A stretch of 64,000 bases of DNA from NCBI GenBank assembly GCA_965215605.1, contig OZ244070.1, positions 3,840,001-3,904,000 of the forward strand. The letters run 5' to 3'. Below, piece after piece: positions 25,167-37,311 of this stretch. Numbering within the stretch: position 1 is the first letter of the stretch; each line of letters opens with the position of its first letter. The DNA is from an uncultured Candidatus Binatia bacterium (lineage in GTDB: Bacteria > Desulfobacterota > Binatia > UBA9968 > JAJDTQ01). Made by a program: the position numbers and the translations under genes. The notes under the pieces were generated by a model. It was not told where the DNA came from, ran no database searches, and worked only from the letters and a program-made list of their open reading frames with translations.

Positions 25167-25991
25167 TCAGGATAGCAGGAAATCGGTGGCCAACTCGACG
25201 AAAGTGTCGCGCTCCTCGATCTGGGGCTCGTGGGCCGAGTCCCGGAACCGGCACACCCTGGACCCTGGGACGATGGCCTGCAGCCGTTCGTCCCAGTCAG
25301 GTTGATTGAGGGGATCGTGATCGCAGGACACGATCAGCAGCGGTACGCTGACGGTGGACAGTTGCCGCACGAAGGCCTCGATGGTGGAGCCTCGCTCGAG
25401 TCCCGGCCGCTTCAGGCGGGCCGCCGACAGCGCCTCCCAGGCTCCGGGCAGGATCGAGTCGGCATAGCGCGACTCCACGCTTTCCGGGTTGAGCCATTTC
25501 TCGTCGTGAAACAACAGCCTGAGGAGCTTGCGCATGTTCTCCAGGCTCGGCGTGTAGTCCTCCAGGTCGGCCTGCGAGTCGCTCTTGAACACTCCGGCAT
25601 TGCCGCAGATGGTGACCATCTTCTTCATTCTCAGGGGTGACGGGCTGCGCACGGCGCTTCGCAGCAGCGTGCCGCCCCCGGCCGAATTGCCCATGTAAAA
25701 CGCCTCGCCCACGCCCGCCACCTCCATGAGCTGCACCAGATGCGTCATCCGGAATCCCGAAGGGTCGGAAAAGCTGTAAATCTTGGCGGTGCGGCCGTAT
25801 CCCAACATGTCCGGAGCGATGACGTGGAAGGTCTCCGCCAGCTTGCCGATGGCCGGCCCCCAGGTGGCCTCCGCGGAGGCGCCGTACTCGCCGCCGTGGA
25901 GCAGCACCAGATCGGGCCCCTCCCCCGCCTCCAGATAGTGGGTCTCGATGCCGCCGACCCGAAGCGTGCGATGCAGATAGTCCGTGCTCAT
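25167..25991 (-). CDS. Alpha/beta hydrolase (meta-cleavage-product hydrolase-like)
   Basis: LLHGG, APDMLGYG, GNSAGG nucleophile elbow, DHD, AHEPQIE. Confidence 0.88.
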   Translation of the reverse strand: MSTDYLHRTLRVGGIETHYLEAGEGPDLVLLHGGEYGASAEATWGPAIGKLAETFHVIAPDMLGYGRTAKIYSFSDPSGFRMTHLVQLMEVAGVGEAFYMGNSAGGGTLLRSAVRSPSPLRMKKMVTICGNAGVFKSDSQADLEDYTPSLENMRKLLRLLFHDEKWLNPESVESRYADSILPGAWEALSAARLKRPGLERGSTIEAFVRQLSTVSVPLLIVSCDHDPLNQPDWDERLQAIVPGSRVCRFRDSAHEPQIEERDTFVELATDFLLS

Positions 25992-26016
25992 GTTCCGTCT
26001 TTCCTGTGCGGCCTCT

Positions 26017-27633
26017 CTACCAGCCCAGGGCGTAGCCGTCGCGGCGTGGATCGGCGGCCGCCATGAGGGTCCCGTTGCGCGGGTCGCGGGCGATGAGGGC
26101 CGCGCCGCCGAAGGACCACGGCTCCACCACGGTGACCGGGTGACCCCTGTCCGCCAGCCCCTTCACCACCTCCTCCGGGAACCCCCGCTCCAGCCGCAGC
26201 GACTGGGGATAGCCGACGTTGGGCGGCGTGCCCGGCACGTGGCTCCAGCGGGGAGCTTCCAGCGCGCACTGCGGGTCCATCTTCAGGTCCAGCAGGTTGT
26301 GCAGCACCTGCACGTTGGTCTGGGGCTGGTCGTCCGCCCCGGGCGTGCCCCCCACCGCCAGGAACTCGCCGTTGTGAAACACCATGTAGGAGTTGAGGGT
26401 GTGGGCGGGCCGCTTGCCGGGCTGCAGGGCATTGGCGCTCTCCGGATCCAGCATGGCGCTGCACAGGCGGTTGGTCATGACGATGCCGGTATCCCCGGCC
26501 ACCACCCGCGACCCGAACACGGAGAAGACGCTTTCGATGAGCGAGATGGCGTTGCCGTCTCCGTCCGCCGCGCACAGGTAGGTGGTGTCGGCTCCGGCGG
26601 GAGCGTAGGACGAGGTCACCGGCCCCGCGACATCGGCGATGTCCGCGCGGCGCGCGTCCGCGTATTCCCTGCTGATGAGGCGCTGGACTTCCGGGTCGCC
26701 GAAGCGCGGGTCGTCCAGGTGCCGGATGCGGTCCTCGAAGGCGATCTTCTTGGCCTCCACCATGACGTGGGCCAGCTCCGTCCGGCTCAGGGCGTCGCAG
26801 TCGTACCCCGCCAGCAGGTTCATCATGGTCAGGACGACGAACCCCTGGGACACCGGCGGCTGCTCCAGTATCCGATACCCCCTGTAGTCGGTGCTGAGCG
26901 GCTCCATCCACTCGGCGAACCCGCCCTCCAGGTCCCGTTCTTCCAACAGACCGCCTTGCTCTCTGATGCCGGCGCACATGCGCGCCGCCACGTCGCCGCC
27001 GTAGAAGCCCTCCCGTCCGTCCCGGACGATGGCCTCCAGCACCTCCGCCAGTTCCGGCTGCCGCAACATCCTCCCCGGCGTCAGGTCCTCCAGCGGCGCC
27101 CGGAAGTACCGATGGATGCCCGGCCACGCGGGCGCCCATTCCTGGATGGACTCGGCCAGCGAGAGGTACAGGGGAAACCCGTCACGGGCCAAAGTGATGG
27201 CGTCGGCGCAGATCTCGGCCAGGTCCACGGTGCCGTAACGGCGGTGCAGCTCCAGCCATCCGTCCACCGCCCCGGGAACCGAGATGCTCAAGGGCCCGGA
27301 GGCCGGCACGGCATCCAGGCCGCGGCTCCTGAACGCCTCGATGGTGGCGTTGCCCGGCGCCGGACCGCTGGCGTTGAGGGCCCGGACCCCGCCCTCGTCC
27401 TTCATGTGGACCAGCGAGAACATGTCGCCGCCGAGGCCGCAGGCCTCGTGCTTGACCACCGCCAGAACGAAGCCCGCGGCCACCGCCGCGTCCACCGCGT
27501 TGCCGCCCCGCTGCATGATCTTGAGGCCGGCCACCGAGGCGAGCGGATGGCCGGCGGCGATGACGCCCCGGGTGCCCATGACGAGGGTGCGCGCGGCGTG
27601 GCCGTATCGGATTTCGTGAGTGTTTTGCGTCAT
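26017..27633 (-). CDS. Gamma-glutamyltransferase (Ntn-hydrolase) family protein
   Basis: GGNAVDAAVA, GLGGD, DTTY catalytic Thr, PGKRPAHT, GTPG, ADPRRDG; GGAGG SD before ATG 27633. Confidence 0.92.
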   Translation of the reverse strand: MTQNTHEIRYGHAARTLVMGTRGVIAAGHPLASVAGLKIMQRGGNAVDAAVAAGFVLAVVKHEACGLGGDMFSLVHMKDEGGVRALNASGPAPGNATIEAFRSRGLDAVPASGPLSISVPGAVDGWLELHRRYGTVDLAEICADAITLARDGFPLYLSLAESIQEWAPAWPGIHRYFRAPLEDLTPGRMLRQPELAEVLEAIVRDGREGFYGGDVAARMCAGIREQGGLLEERDLEGGFAEWMEPLSTDYRGYRILEQPPVSQGFVVLTMMNLLAGYDCDALSRTELAHVMVEAKKIAFEDRIRHLDDPRFGDPEVQRLISREYADARRADIADVAGPVTSSYAPAGADTTYLCAADGDGNAISLIESVFSVFGSRVVAGDTGIVMTNRLCSAMLDPESANALQPGKRPAHTLNSYMVFHNGEFLAVGGTPGADDQPQTNVQVLHNLLDLKMDPQCALEAPRWSHVPGTPPNVGYPQSLRLERGFPEEVVKGLADRGHPVTVVEPWSFGGAALIARDPRNGTLMAAADPRRDGYALGW

Positions 27634-27699
27634 GGCGACAGGCCTCCCGGAACGTAGTCCCTTGTCCATATCCGTCATTTCCGCGTCGGGTCCACCGAG

Positions 27700-28737
27700 T
27701 CAGTCTTTGCCGCCGCGTTCCTCGATGTGCAGGATCCGGGCGGCGTTGCCCCCGAGTATCCGTTCCCTGGCATCCGGCGCCAGCCCCAGGTCGTCCACCG
27801 CCTCGATGCTGTTGCGGATGAAGCCGCAGCCGTCCTCCGGCCCGTAGGGATAGTTGGTGCCGAAGACCATCTGTTGCGGCCCGAAGAAATCCATGACGCA
27901 CCTGAGCGTGTTGGCCCGGTGGTCCGCGGTGTCCACGAAGAACCGCCGGAACGAGTCCAGGGGATTTTCCTGGAGGCCGTAACGTTCGCGCATCTCGTCG
28001 GTGCGTCCGGTGTAGATATTGATGGCGCGCTGGCCGAAGAAGGCCAGCACCCCGCCGACGTCGGCCACCACGAAGGGCAGCGTCGGGAACCGCTCGATCA
28101 CCCGGCCGTACACCAGCCGGGTCATGGCCACGGTGCTGTCGAAGGCCCACCCGTAGATCAGGATCGGCATGATGTCCAGGCCCACCGCCTCGGTGGCCAG
28201 CGGCGCGGTGGGGTGGAGGTACACCGGAAGCCCGTACTCCGCGAGCTTCTCGTAGACCGGGAAGAAAACCTCGTCGTCCAGCGGCCGGCCGTTGAGATTG
28301 GTGAAGCAGCCGAAGCCGCGAAGCCCGAGGTCCTGGACCGCCCGGTCGAGCTCCTCCAGCGACGCCTCGATGGAAGCCGTGGGCAGGGTCGCCAAGCCCA
28401 CGAAACGGTCCGGATGCCGGCTGCACATGGCGGCCAGATCGTCGTTGGCCACCCGGGCCATGGCCACCGCGTCGTCCGGGTCGTAGCGGTCGGCGCCGGG
28501 CGCGGGGATGCTCACCACCTGGACGTCCACGCCTTCCCGGTCCATGTGCTCCAGCCGCTGCTCGACATCTCGACCCTTGAAGATGGCCGTGTTGATACGG
28601 CAGCCCAGCGTCTTGTCATAGAGGTAGGCCATGCCGCTGTAGGGGTCCGGCTCCTCCAGCACCACGGCGCCGTCCCGCCGGCCCATGGTCTCCATGTAGC
28701 GCTCCGGGAAGATATGGCTCTGGAAATCGATGATCAT
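27700..28737 (-). CDS. Amidohydrolase_2 (ACMSD/LigW-like) protein with altered metal ligands
   Basis: IIDFQSH, GVDVQVVS, HPDRFVGLA, YLHP, FGTNYPY, ILGGNAARIL. Confidence 0.88.
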   Translation of the reverse strand: MIIDFQSHIFPERYMETMGRRDGAVVLEEPDPYSGMAYLYDKTLGCRINTAIFKGRDVEQRLEHMDREGVDVQVVSIPAPGADRYDPDDAVAMARVANDDLAAMCSRHPDRFVGLATLPTASIEASLEELDRAVQDLGLRGFGCFTNLNGRPLDDEVFFPVYEKLAEYGLPVYLHPTAPLATEAVGLDIMPILIYGWAFDSTVAMTRLVYGRVIERFPTLPFVVADVGGVLAFFGQRAINIYTGRTDEMRERYGLQENPLDSFRRFFVDTADHRANTLRCVMDFFGPQQMVFGTNYPYGPEDGCGFIRNSIEAVDDLGLAPDARERILGGNAARILHIEERGGKD

Positions 28738-28958
28738 CGTGGTCGGATTCCTCGTACGACGGGCGGCAGAGCCTGCGGCAATTCCGTCTCCGCCTTCACC
28801 GTCCTTGAGCCCACGGACGTGCCGCAACGCTGGCAACTGTAGTCATAGAGGTCGCCGTCGGGGAGGACCAGCAGCAGCCGCTCGCGCACCGGCATGGCCT
28901 GACCGCACTTGTTGCAGTAGAGCAACGACGCCGACAACTGTTCGAAGCTCTTCTCCAT
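28734..28958 (-). CDS. Small Zn-ribbon hypothetical protein (74 aa)
   Basis: Two CxxC pairs (CNKC, CQRC); ATGA overlap with the next gene. Confidence 0.75.
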   Translation of the reverse strand: MEKSFEQLSASLLYCNKCGQAMPVRERLLLVLPDGDLYDYSCQRCGTSVGSRTVKAETELPQALPPVVRGIRPR

Positions 28959-29007
28959 GGCATCGGGACGCCGCCGGACCGGGGGCCGGCGGTCCGCCGG
29001 GAGGCCG

Positions 29008-31088
29008 CTAGTCTCCGGCCGCCTCGGCCTTGGCCTCGGCCTGCACCTTCTCCATCAGGTGCGCCGGCATCTCTTCGTAGTGCGAGAACTCGGACTGGAA
29101 CTCACCCCGGCCGCTGGTCATGGAACGGAGGTCGGAGGCGTACTGAAGCACCTCCGCCATGGGCACCTGGGCCTTGATGGTCTGGCCGTTGCCCTTGGCG
29201 TCCACGCCCAGGACTTTGCCCCGCCGGCTGTTCAGATCGCCGATGACATCTCCCATGCAATCGTCGGGCACCGACACCTCCAGGGACATCACCGGTTCCA
29301 GGATCACCGGCTTGGCGCCCTCCATGGCGTTCTTGAAGCCCATGGATGCGGCGATCTTGAACGCCATGTCCGACGAGTCCACGGTATGGAAGGAACCGTC
29401 ATACAGCGTGGCGCGCACGTCCATGATCGGATAGCCGGCCAGGTAACCGTTGGACATGGTTTCGACGATGCCCTTTTCCACCGCGGGGATGTAGTTCCGC
29501 GGGATGGCGCCGCCAACGATCTTGTCCACGAACTCGAAGCCCTTGCCCCGCGGCAGGGGCTCGAGCTTGAGCCAGGTGTCGCCGAACTGGCCCCGGCCTC
29601 CGGACTGTTTCTTGTACTTCCCCTGGGCGCTGGCGGCCGCCCGGATGGTTTCCCGATAGGGCACCTTGGGCGCCTTGAGCTCCACCTCCGCGCCGTATTT
29701 CCGCTTGAGCTTGTCCACCACCACCTCGATGTGGAGCTGACCTGTACCCGACAGGATGAACTCCCGGGTCTGCTCGTCCCGGTGCATCCGGATCGAAGGG
29801 TCCTCCTCCATCATCCGCTGGAGCCCCTGGGGCACCTTGTCCTCGTCCGCACGGGTCTTGGGGGACAGCGCGAAGGAGATGGACGGGTTGAACTCCATGG
29901 GCCTGGGATACTCGATGGGGGCCGACTCGCTGCAAAGCGTATCTCCGGACCTGACGTCCTTCAGCTTGGCGGCGGCGACGATCTCGCCCACCCCCGCCTC
30001 CGACACCTCCTCGTGCTTGCCGCCCTCCGGCCGGAACAGGTGGGTGATCTTCTCCTTGGCCTCCTTGCCGGTGTTGTAGACCGTGCTGTCGGCCTTCACG
30101 GTGCCCGACAGCACCCTCATGATGGAAAGCCGGCCGGCGAAGGGATCCACGATGGTCTTGAACACGAAGGCTGAAAGCGGCTCGTCCGGGCTCTTGGAGC
30201 GGGTCTCGGGCTCCCCGGTCACCGGTTCTTTCCCTGAGCCGCCGGCTCCTCCAGCGGCGAGGGCAGCCATTCCACCACGGCGTCGAGCAAGGCCGGAACG
30301 CCGGCGGCGCGGGTGGCCGCACCGTAAAGGACGGGAAAGAGCGTGCCCGCGCGGACCCCGTCGCGCAGGCCTTCCGAGAGCTCCTCCGAGGTCAGCTCCT
30401 GGCCATCGAGGTACTTCTCCAGCAGGGCGTCCTGGGTTTCGGCCACGTTCTCCATGAGATTGACTCTCATTTTCTCCGCCCGTTCCTGAAGCTCCGCCGG
30501 TATGGCCTCCTCGGTCTCCTTGCCGTCCGCGTCCGCGCACACCGCCTTCATGCGGATCAGGTCGACGACCCCGCGGAAACCCTCGCCGTGGCCGATGGGA
30601 AGCTGCGCGTGGATCCCCTTGACGTCCAGGGCCGCCGCGATGGTGTCCACCGCTTCCACCGGGTCCGCCTCCTCCCGATCCATGCGGTTGACGAAGAACA
30701 TGCGGGGCAACCCGCGCTCCGCCGCGTAGCCCCAGAGCCGCTCCGTCTCCACCCTCAGGCCGGCGCCGGCGTGCAGTACGAAGACGGCGCCGCCGAAACT
30801 CGCCAGCGAATGGACCGTCTCCGGCAGAAACGTGGCGAAGCCCGGCGTGTCCACCAGAACGCAGGCCGTCTTGTTCCATTCCAGGGGATGAAAGGCCGCG
30901 GAGATGGAGACCTGGCGGTTGATTTCCTCGGGCTCGTGGTCGAACGCCGAAGTCCCGTCCTCTACCCGGCCCAGCCGGTTCGTCCGGCCCGCCGCGAACA
31001 GCATCGCCTCGCCCAGGGAGGTCTTTCCCGCGCCCCGGTGTCCAAGCAATCCGACGTTCCTCAAACGGGCAGCTTCAATTGCAGCCAT
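29008..31088 (-). pseudogene. fusA: Elongation factor G paralog (EF-G2 type), split by a frameshift near 30228
   Basis: N-part 30219-31088 has GHRGAGKT, DTPGF, NRMD; C-part in the -1 frame has FVFKT, GQLHIEV, PKVPYRETI, KKQSGGRGQFG, DGSFHTVDSS; could be recoding, a pseudogene or a sequencing error. Confidence 0.85.
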
Positions 31089-31159
31089 GAATCAACCTCC
31101 CTTGATCGGCTCGCGCCGCGCGCTCCGGGCGGATTCGGAAAATCCGGCACGGCAAGCTG

Positions 31160-31951
31160 CTACGACCTGCGCTTGCGCGCCAGCGAAGCCGCGTTCCTCT
31201 CGTAAATAAGCCGTAACCCTTCCAACGTCAAGAATTCGTCCACGTCCTCGATGACCGTCGATTCGTGGGCGATGAGGGAGGCCACGCCCCCCGTGGCGAC
31301 GACGCGCGCCTTGATCCTGTTCTCCCGCTCGATGCGATGAACGATGCCGTCCACCAGGCCGACATAACCGTAGTAGATCCCGGACTGGATCGAGTGCACC
31401 GTGGATTTGCCGATGACGCTGGCCGGACACAGCACCTCCACCCGGGGGAGCTTCGAGGCGCGCTGGAACAGCGCTTCCACGGCGATCATCAAACCCGGCG
31501 CGATCAGGCCTCCCAGGTATTCCCCTTTCTCGGATACGCAGTCGAAGGTGGTGGCGGTGCCGAAGTCGATGACCACGCAGGCAGCGCCAAAGCGGTCGTA
31601 GGCGGCCACCCCGTTGGCGATGCGGTCGGCGCCCACGTCCTGGGGGCTGTCGTAGAGGATCGGCATGCCGGTCTTGAGACCCGGCCCTACCAGCAGCGGC
31701 TTCACGCCGAAGAACCGGCGACCCAGCTCATCGACCATGCCCACCATGGGAGGCACCACGCAGGACACGATGATGGCGTCGACCGCATCGCTGCCGATGT
31801 TCCCGGCGGCGGCGAGATGGCCGATGAGCGCGCCGTACTCGTCCACGGTCCGTTCCGGTTGCGTCACCAGCCGCCAATGGGTGACCAACTCGCAGCCCCG
31901 GTACACGCCCAGGACCATGTTGCTGTTTCCGATATCGATGGCCAGCAGCAT
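31160..31951 (-). CDS. coaX: Type III pantothenate kinase
   Basis: LLAIDIGNSN, VGADRI, IDFGTATT, GGLIAPG. Confidence 0.97.
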   Translation of the reverse strand: MLLAIDIGNSNMVLGVYRGCELVTHWRLVTQPERTVDEYGALIGHLAAAGNIGSDAVDAIIVSCVVPPMVGMVDELGRRFFGVKPLLVGPGLKTGMPILYDSPQDVGADRIANGVAAYDRFGAACVVIDFGTATTFDCVSEKGEYLGGLIAPGLMIAVEALFQRASKLPRVEVLCPASVIGKSTVHSIQSGIYYGYVGLVDGIVHRIERENRIKARVVATGGVASLIAHESTVIEDVDEFLTLEGLRLIYERNAASLARKRRS

Positions 31952-31958
31952 CTAAGTT

Positions 31959-32056
31959 TCCTGTCCCACGAATCGCGCCATGCCACTCCTCGTAATCGCG
32001 CCTTGCCGACGGCGAAAATGCCCTCGCATCTTCATAGCGCAATTCGCGAGACAGGA
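31959..32056. repeat. 98-bp element bounded by 24-bp imperfect inverted repeats
   Basis: TCCTGTCCCACGAATCGCGCCATG versus revcomp TCCTGTCTCGCGAATTGCGCTATG (4 mismatches). Confidence 0.7.
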
Positions 32057-32058
32057 CA

Positions 32059-32895
32059 CTACGGCGCTCCTTCCATCAGGAAAACGTCCCCGCTCACCAC
32101 GCGCTCGGTGCGGCCGTCATCGCAGTCCAGCACCAGGAAGCCGTTCCCGTCCAGATTACGGACCCGCCCCACCAGTTCTTCCTGCGCCGTCAGGGCTCGG
32201 ACCCACCGCCCTTCCATCCGCGCGTAGGCGTTCCAGCTCCCGGCGATGGACCCGAACCCCTGCTCCTCAAGCTCGATATAGCGGTGCTCCAGATTGCGCA
32301 CCAGCGAGCGGGCGACACGCAACCGGTCCACCGGGGTTCCGGCCTCTTCCATCACCGAAGTGGCGCGTTCGCGAATGTCCGGCGACATGAGCGCGCGCGG
32401 GAAGTTGAGGTTGAGGCCGATGCCGACGATCACGAACAGCGTCCGGCCGGGCTCGCAGGCCAGCTCGCTCAGGATGCCGGCCGCCTTCCTGCCGCGCAGC
32501 AACACGTCGTTGGGCCACTTGATGCGGGGCGCGCAGGGGACCCGGTCCTTCAGCGTGTCCGCTACCGCCACGGCGGCCAGCAGCGTGATCTTCGCCGACT
32601 CCTCGGGCTGCAGCCGTGGACGCAGGATGAAGGAGATGTAAAGGTTGAGATTGGCGGGAGAAACCCAGTGCCGGCCCAACCTCCCCTGGCCCCGGGTCTG
32701 GGTTTCGGCGAGGACGACGGTGCCTTCGGGTTCGCCCGCCTCCGCCAGCGCGTGGGCCGTCCGGTTGGTGGACGCCAGCTCCGGGTACACGTAGACACGG
32801 CGGCCCAGCCGTTTCGTTCCCAGGCCCTCTTGAATCCCATCGGCGCTCAACCCCTCGGGGGGAGGTCCGCCGGGAAGCTGCGGCGTGGAAGACAT
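32059..32895 (-). CDS. birA: Biotin-[acetyl-CoA carboxylase] ligase, no obvious HTH
   Basis: STN, QTRGQGRLGRHW, KWPND, KAAGIL, GIGLN; start ATG 32895 is tentative. Confidence 0.93.
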   Translation of the reverse strand: MSSTPQLPGGPPPEGLSADGIQEGLGTKRLGRRVYVYPELASTNRTAHALAEAGEPEGTVVLAETQTRGQGRLGRHWVSPANLNLYISFILRPRLQPEESAKITLLAAVAVADTLKDRVPCAPRIKWPNDVLLRGRKAAGILSELACEPGRTLFVIVGIGLNLNFPRALMSPDIRERATSVMEEAGTPVDRLRVARSLVRNLEHRYIELEEQGFGSIAGSWNAYARMEGRWVRALTAQEELVGRVRNLDGNGFLVLDCDDGRTERVVSGDVFLMEGAP

Positions 32896-32950
32896 GGTTC
32901 GGAGGGAAGTCCGGCGCCCGTGATCGCGCGATTCGCGGGCTGGCCGCCGG

Positions 32951-35701
<2,751 letters not shown>

Positions 35702-35795
35702 GGAACTCCTATGAATCCGTCGTCATTTCCGCAGAATCAAGTCGGGGCGTCCGGCTCCCCGGTGCTGCGGCGCCCGGAGCGCCCCCACCGTCCGC

Positions 35796-35963
35796 TCACC
35801 CTCCTCGAGGGTCCTCCCGGTCCACGATGACGAGATCATGGCGCTGAAGGTCTCCGGGCCCCGCCCAGCGATCCCTTGTCACGGTCTGATGCTCTGGAAA
35901 CAGGAACTGCCGCAGCGCCTCGCGCAGGATCGGGTGACTCTCGACGATCAGGATGCTGGCCAT
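35796..35963 (-). pseudogene. Truncated receiver-domain-like ORF upstream of valS
   Basis: MASILIVESHPILREALRQFL..HDLVIVD resembles the first half of a REC domain and then stops. Confidence 0.45.
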
Positions 35964-36022
35964 CTCAGTGCAGTCACATAGTAGCAGACAATAGTGGGAG
36001 CCACGAGCATGACAAGGCCGGC

Positions 36023-36050
36023 TTGACAAGGCCGCAAACACTGCTACATA
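36023..36050 (+). promoter_or_regulatory. Candidate tRNA promoter
   Basis: TTGACA at 36023 and TGC-TACATA extended -10 about 20 bp upstream of the tRNA. Confidence 0.5.
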
Positions 36051-36069
36051 TAGAACCTTTCCCGTTCGT

Positions 36070-36157
36070 GCGAAAGTGGCGGAATTTGGTAGACGCGCAG
36101 GATTCAGGATCCTGTGGGAGCAATCCCGTGGGGGTTCAATTCCCCCCTTTCGCACCA
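36070..36157 (+). tRNA. tRNA-Leu(CAG)
   Basis: Acceptor stem GCGAAAG/CTTTCGC, D-arm GGCGGAATTTGGTAGACGC, anticodon arm CAGGA-TTCAGGA-TCCTG, long variable arm, GGTTCAATTCC, encoded CCA. Confidence 0.96.
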
Positions 36158-36243
36158 TCTCCCGTGCGAGCGGCCGGCTCACCTTGACCTGCCAGGGCAT
36201 ATGTGCCATCTGTACGACAACACCAGCCTGAACGGAGTCACTT

Positions 36244-37278
36244 CTGTCCCAGCAACAGCATGAGACGGATCCGCAGGACCTTCCGACGGACGGCGCCGAA
36301 GAGTCCCTGTCCTCCTGCGGTCACGTCGACCCCTACAGCGTCGTTGCCCGCCAACTGCAACGGGTGGAAGAGAATCTCGCCGACTGCACCCGCTCCAGGG
36401 AGTCCGAGATCACCGAAATCGCCTCGCACCTCATCCGGGGCGGCGGCAAACGCATCCGCCCGGTGGTCACGCTGCTGATCTTCGACGCGTTCCACGGCGA
36501 GCGGGAACAGGATGCGGTGGACATCGCCACGGCCATGGAGTTGATCCACGCCGCCACGCTGCTTCACGACGACATCATCGACGGCGCGGAGTTCAGGCGC
36601 GGGAAGCAATCCGCCTACAAGCGCTACGGACTGACGCGCACCCTGGTTACGGGCGACTTCCTCTTCATCAAGGCCTTCGAGTTCGCCGGCAAGTTCGACG
36701 AGACCGTGGTCCAGTGGACCGCGGACGCCTGCACCAGCCTCACCGAGGGGGAGATCCTGCAGGGCTCGTTCAACCGGAACCGCACGGTCACCGCCGAGGA
36801 CTATATCCACATCGTCGAGCGCAAGACGGCCTCGCTCTTTCAGACCGGCGCCAGGCTCGGCGCCTATATCGCGGGGGCGCCTTCGGAGCAGGTTGAGGCG
36901 GCGGCGAGTTTCGGCCTCAACCTGGGCATCGCCTTCCAGATGATGGACGACGTCCTCGACGTGGTCGGAAGGCGCGACCTGCTGGGCAAGTCCACGGGCA
37001 TGGACCTTCGCGACGGCAACCCTTCCCTGCCCATCGTCCTTTCCCTGCTGGACGGCCACCGGACCGTGTCCCAGGTGTTTCAGTCCCGGACTCCCACGGA
37101 GAACGACATCCAGCGGGCGTTGGACGCCATGGGCAACGGCACGGTCATCGAGCGCGCCAGAAGCCTCTCCCGCAAGTACGCAATCAAGGCATCCCGGGAC
37201 GTCGAACAACTGCCCGGGTGCGTGGGGCGCGATGGCCTCCGGGCGCTGGTGGGCCTGCTCACCGACCGCGACAGTTGA
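36244..37278 (+). CDS. Polyprenyl diphosphate synthase (IspB/HepT-like)
   Basis: GGKRIRP, LLHDDIID, RRG, KTA, FQMMDDVLD; start either CTG 36244 (GGAG SD) or GTG 36364. Confidence 0.93.
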   Translation: MSQQQHETDPQDLPTDGAEESLSSCGHVDPYSVVARQLQRVEENLADCTRSRESEITEIASHLIRGGGKRIRPVVTLLIFDAFHGEREQDAVDIATAMELIHAATLLHDDIIDGAEFRRGKQSAYKRYGLTRTLVTGDFLFIKAFEFAGKFDETVVQWTADACTSLTEGEILQGSFNRNRTVTAEDYIHIVERKTASLFQTGARLGAYIAGAPSEQVEAAASFGLNLGIAFQMMDDVLDVVGRRDLLGKSTGMDLRDGNPSLPIVLSLLDGHRTVSQVFQSRTPTENDIQRALDAMGNGTVIERARSLSRKYAIKASRDVEQLPGCVGRDGLRALVGLLTDRDS

Positions 37279-37311
37279 CCCCCCCGCCCGCGGGCGCTCC
37301 CTGACCGGCTC

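Noticed and set aside
30219-30221. TGA in the EF-G paralog as selenocysteine or readthrough
   Set aside because: The downstream EF-G domains are in a different frame, so readthrough cannot restore the protein
36070-36157. tRNA-Leu as the integration site of an island
   Set aside because: No integrase and no duplicated tRNA 3' end seen in the window; flanking genes are housekeeping
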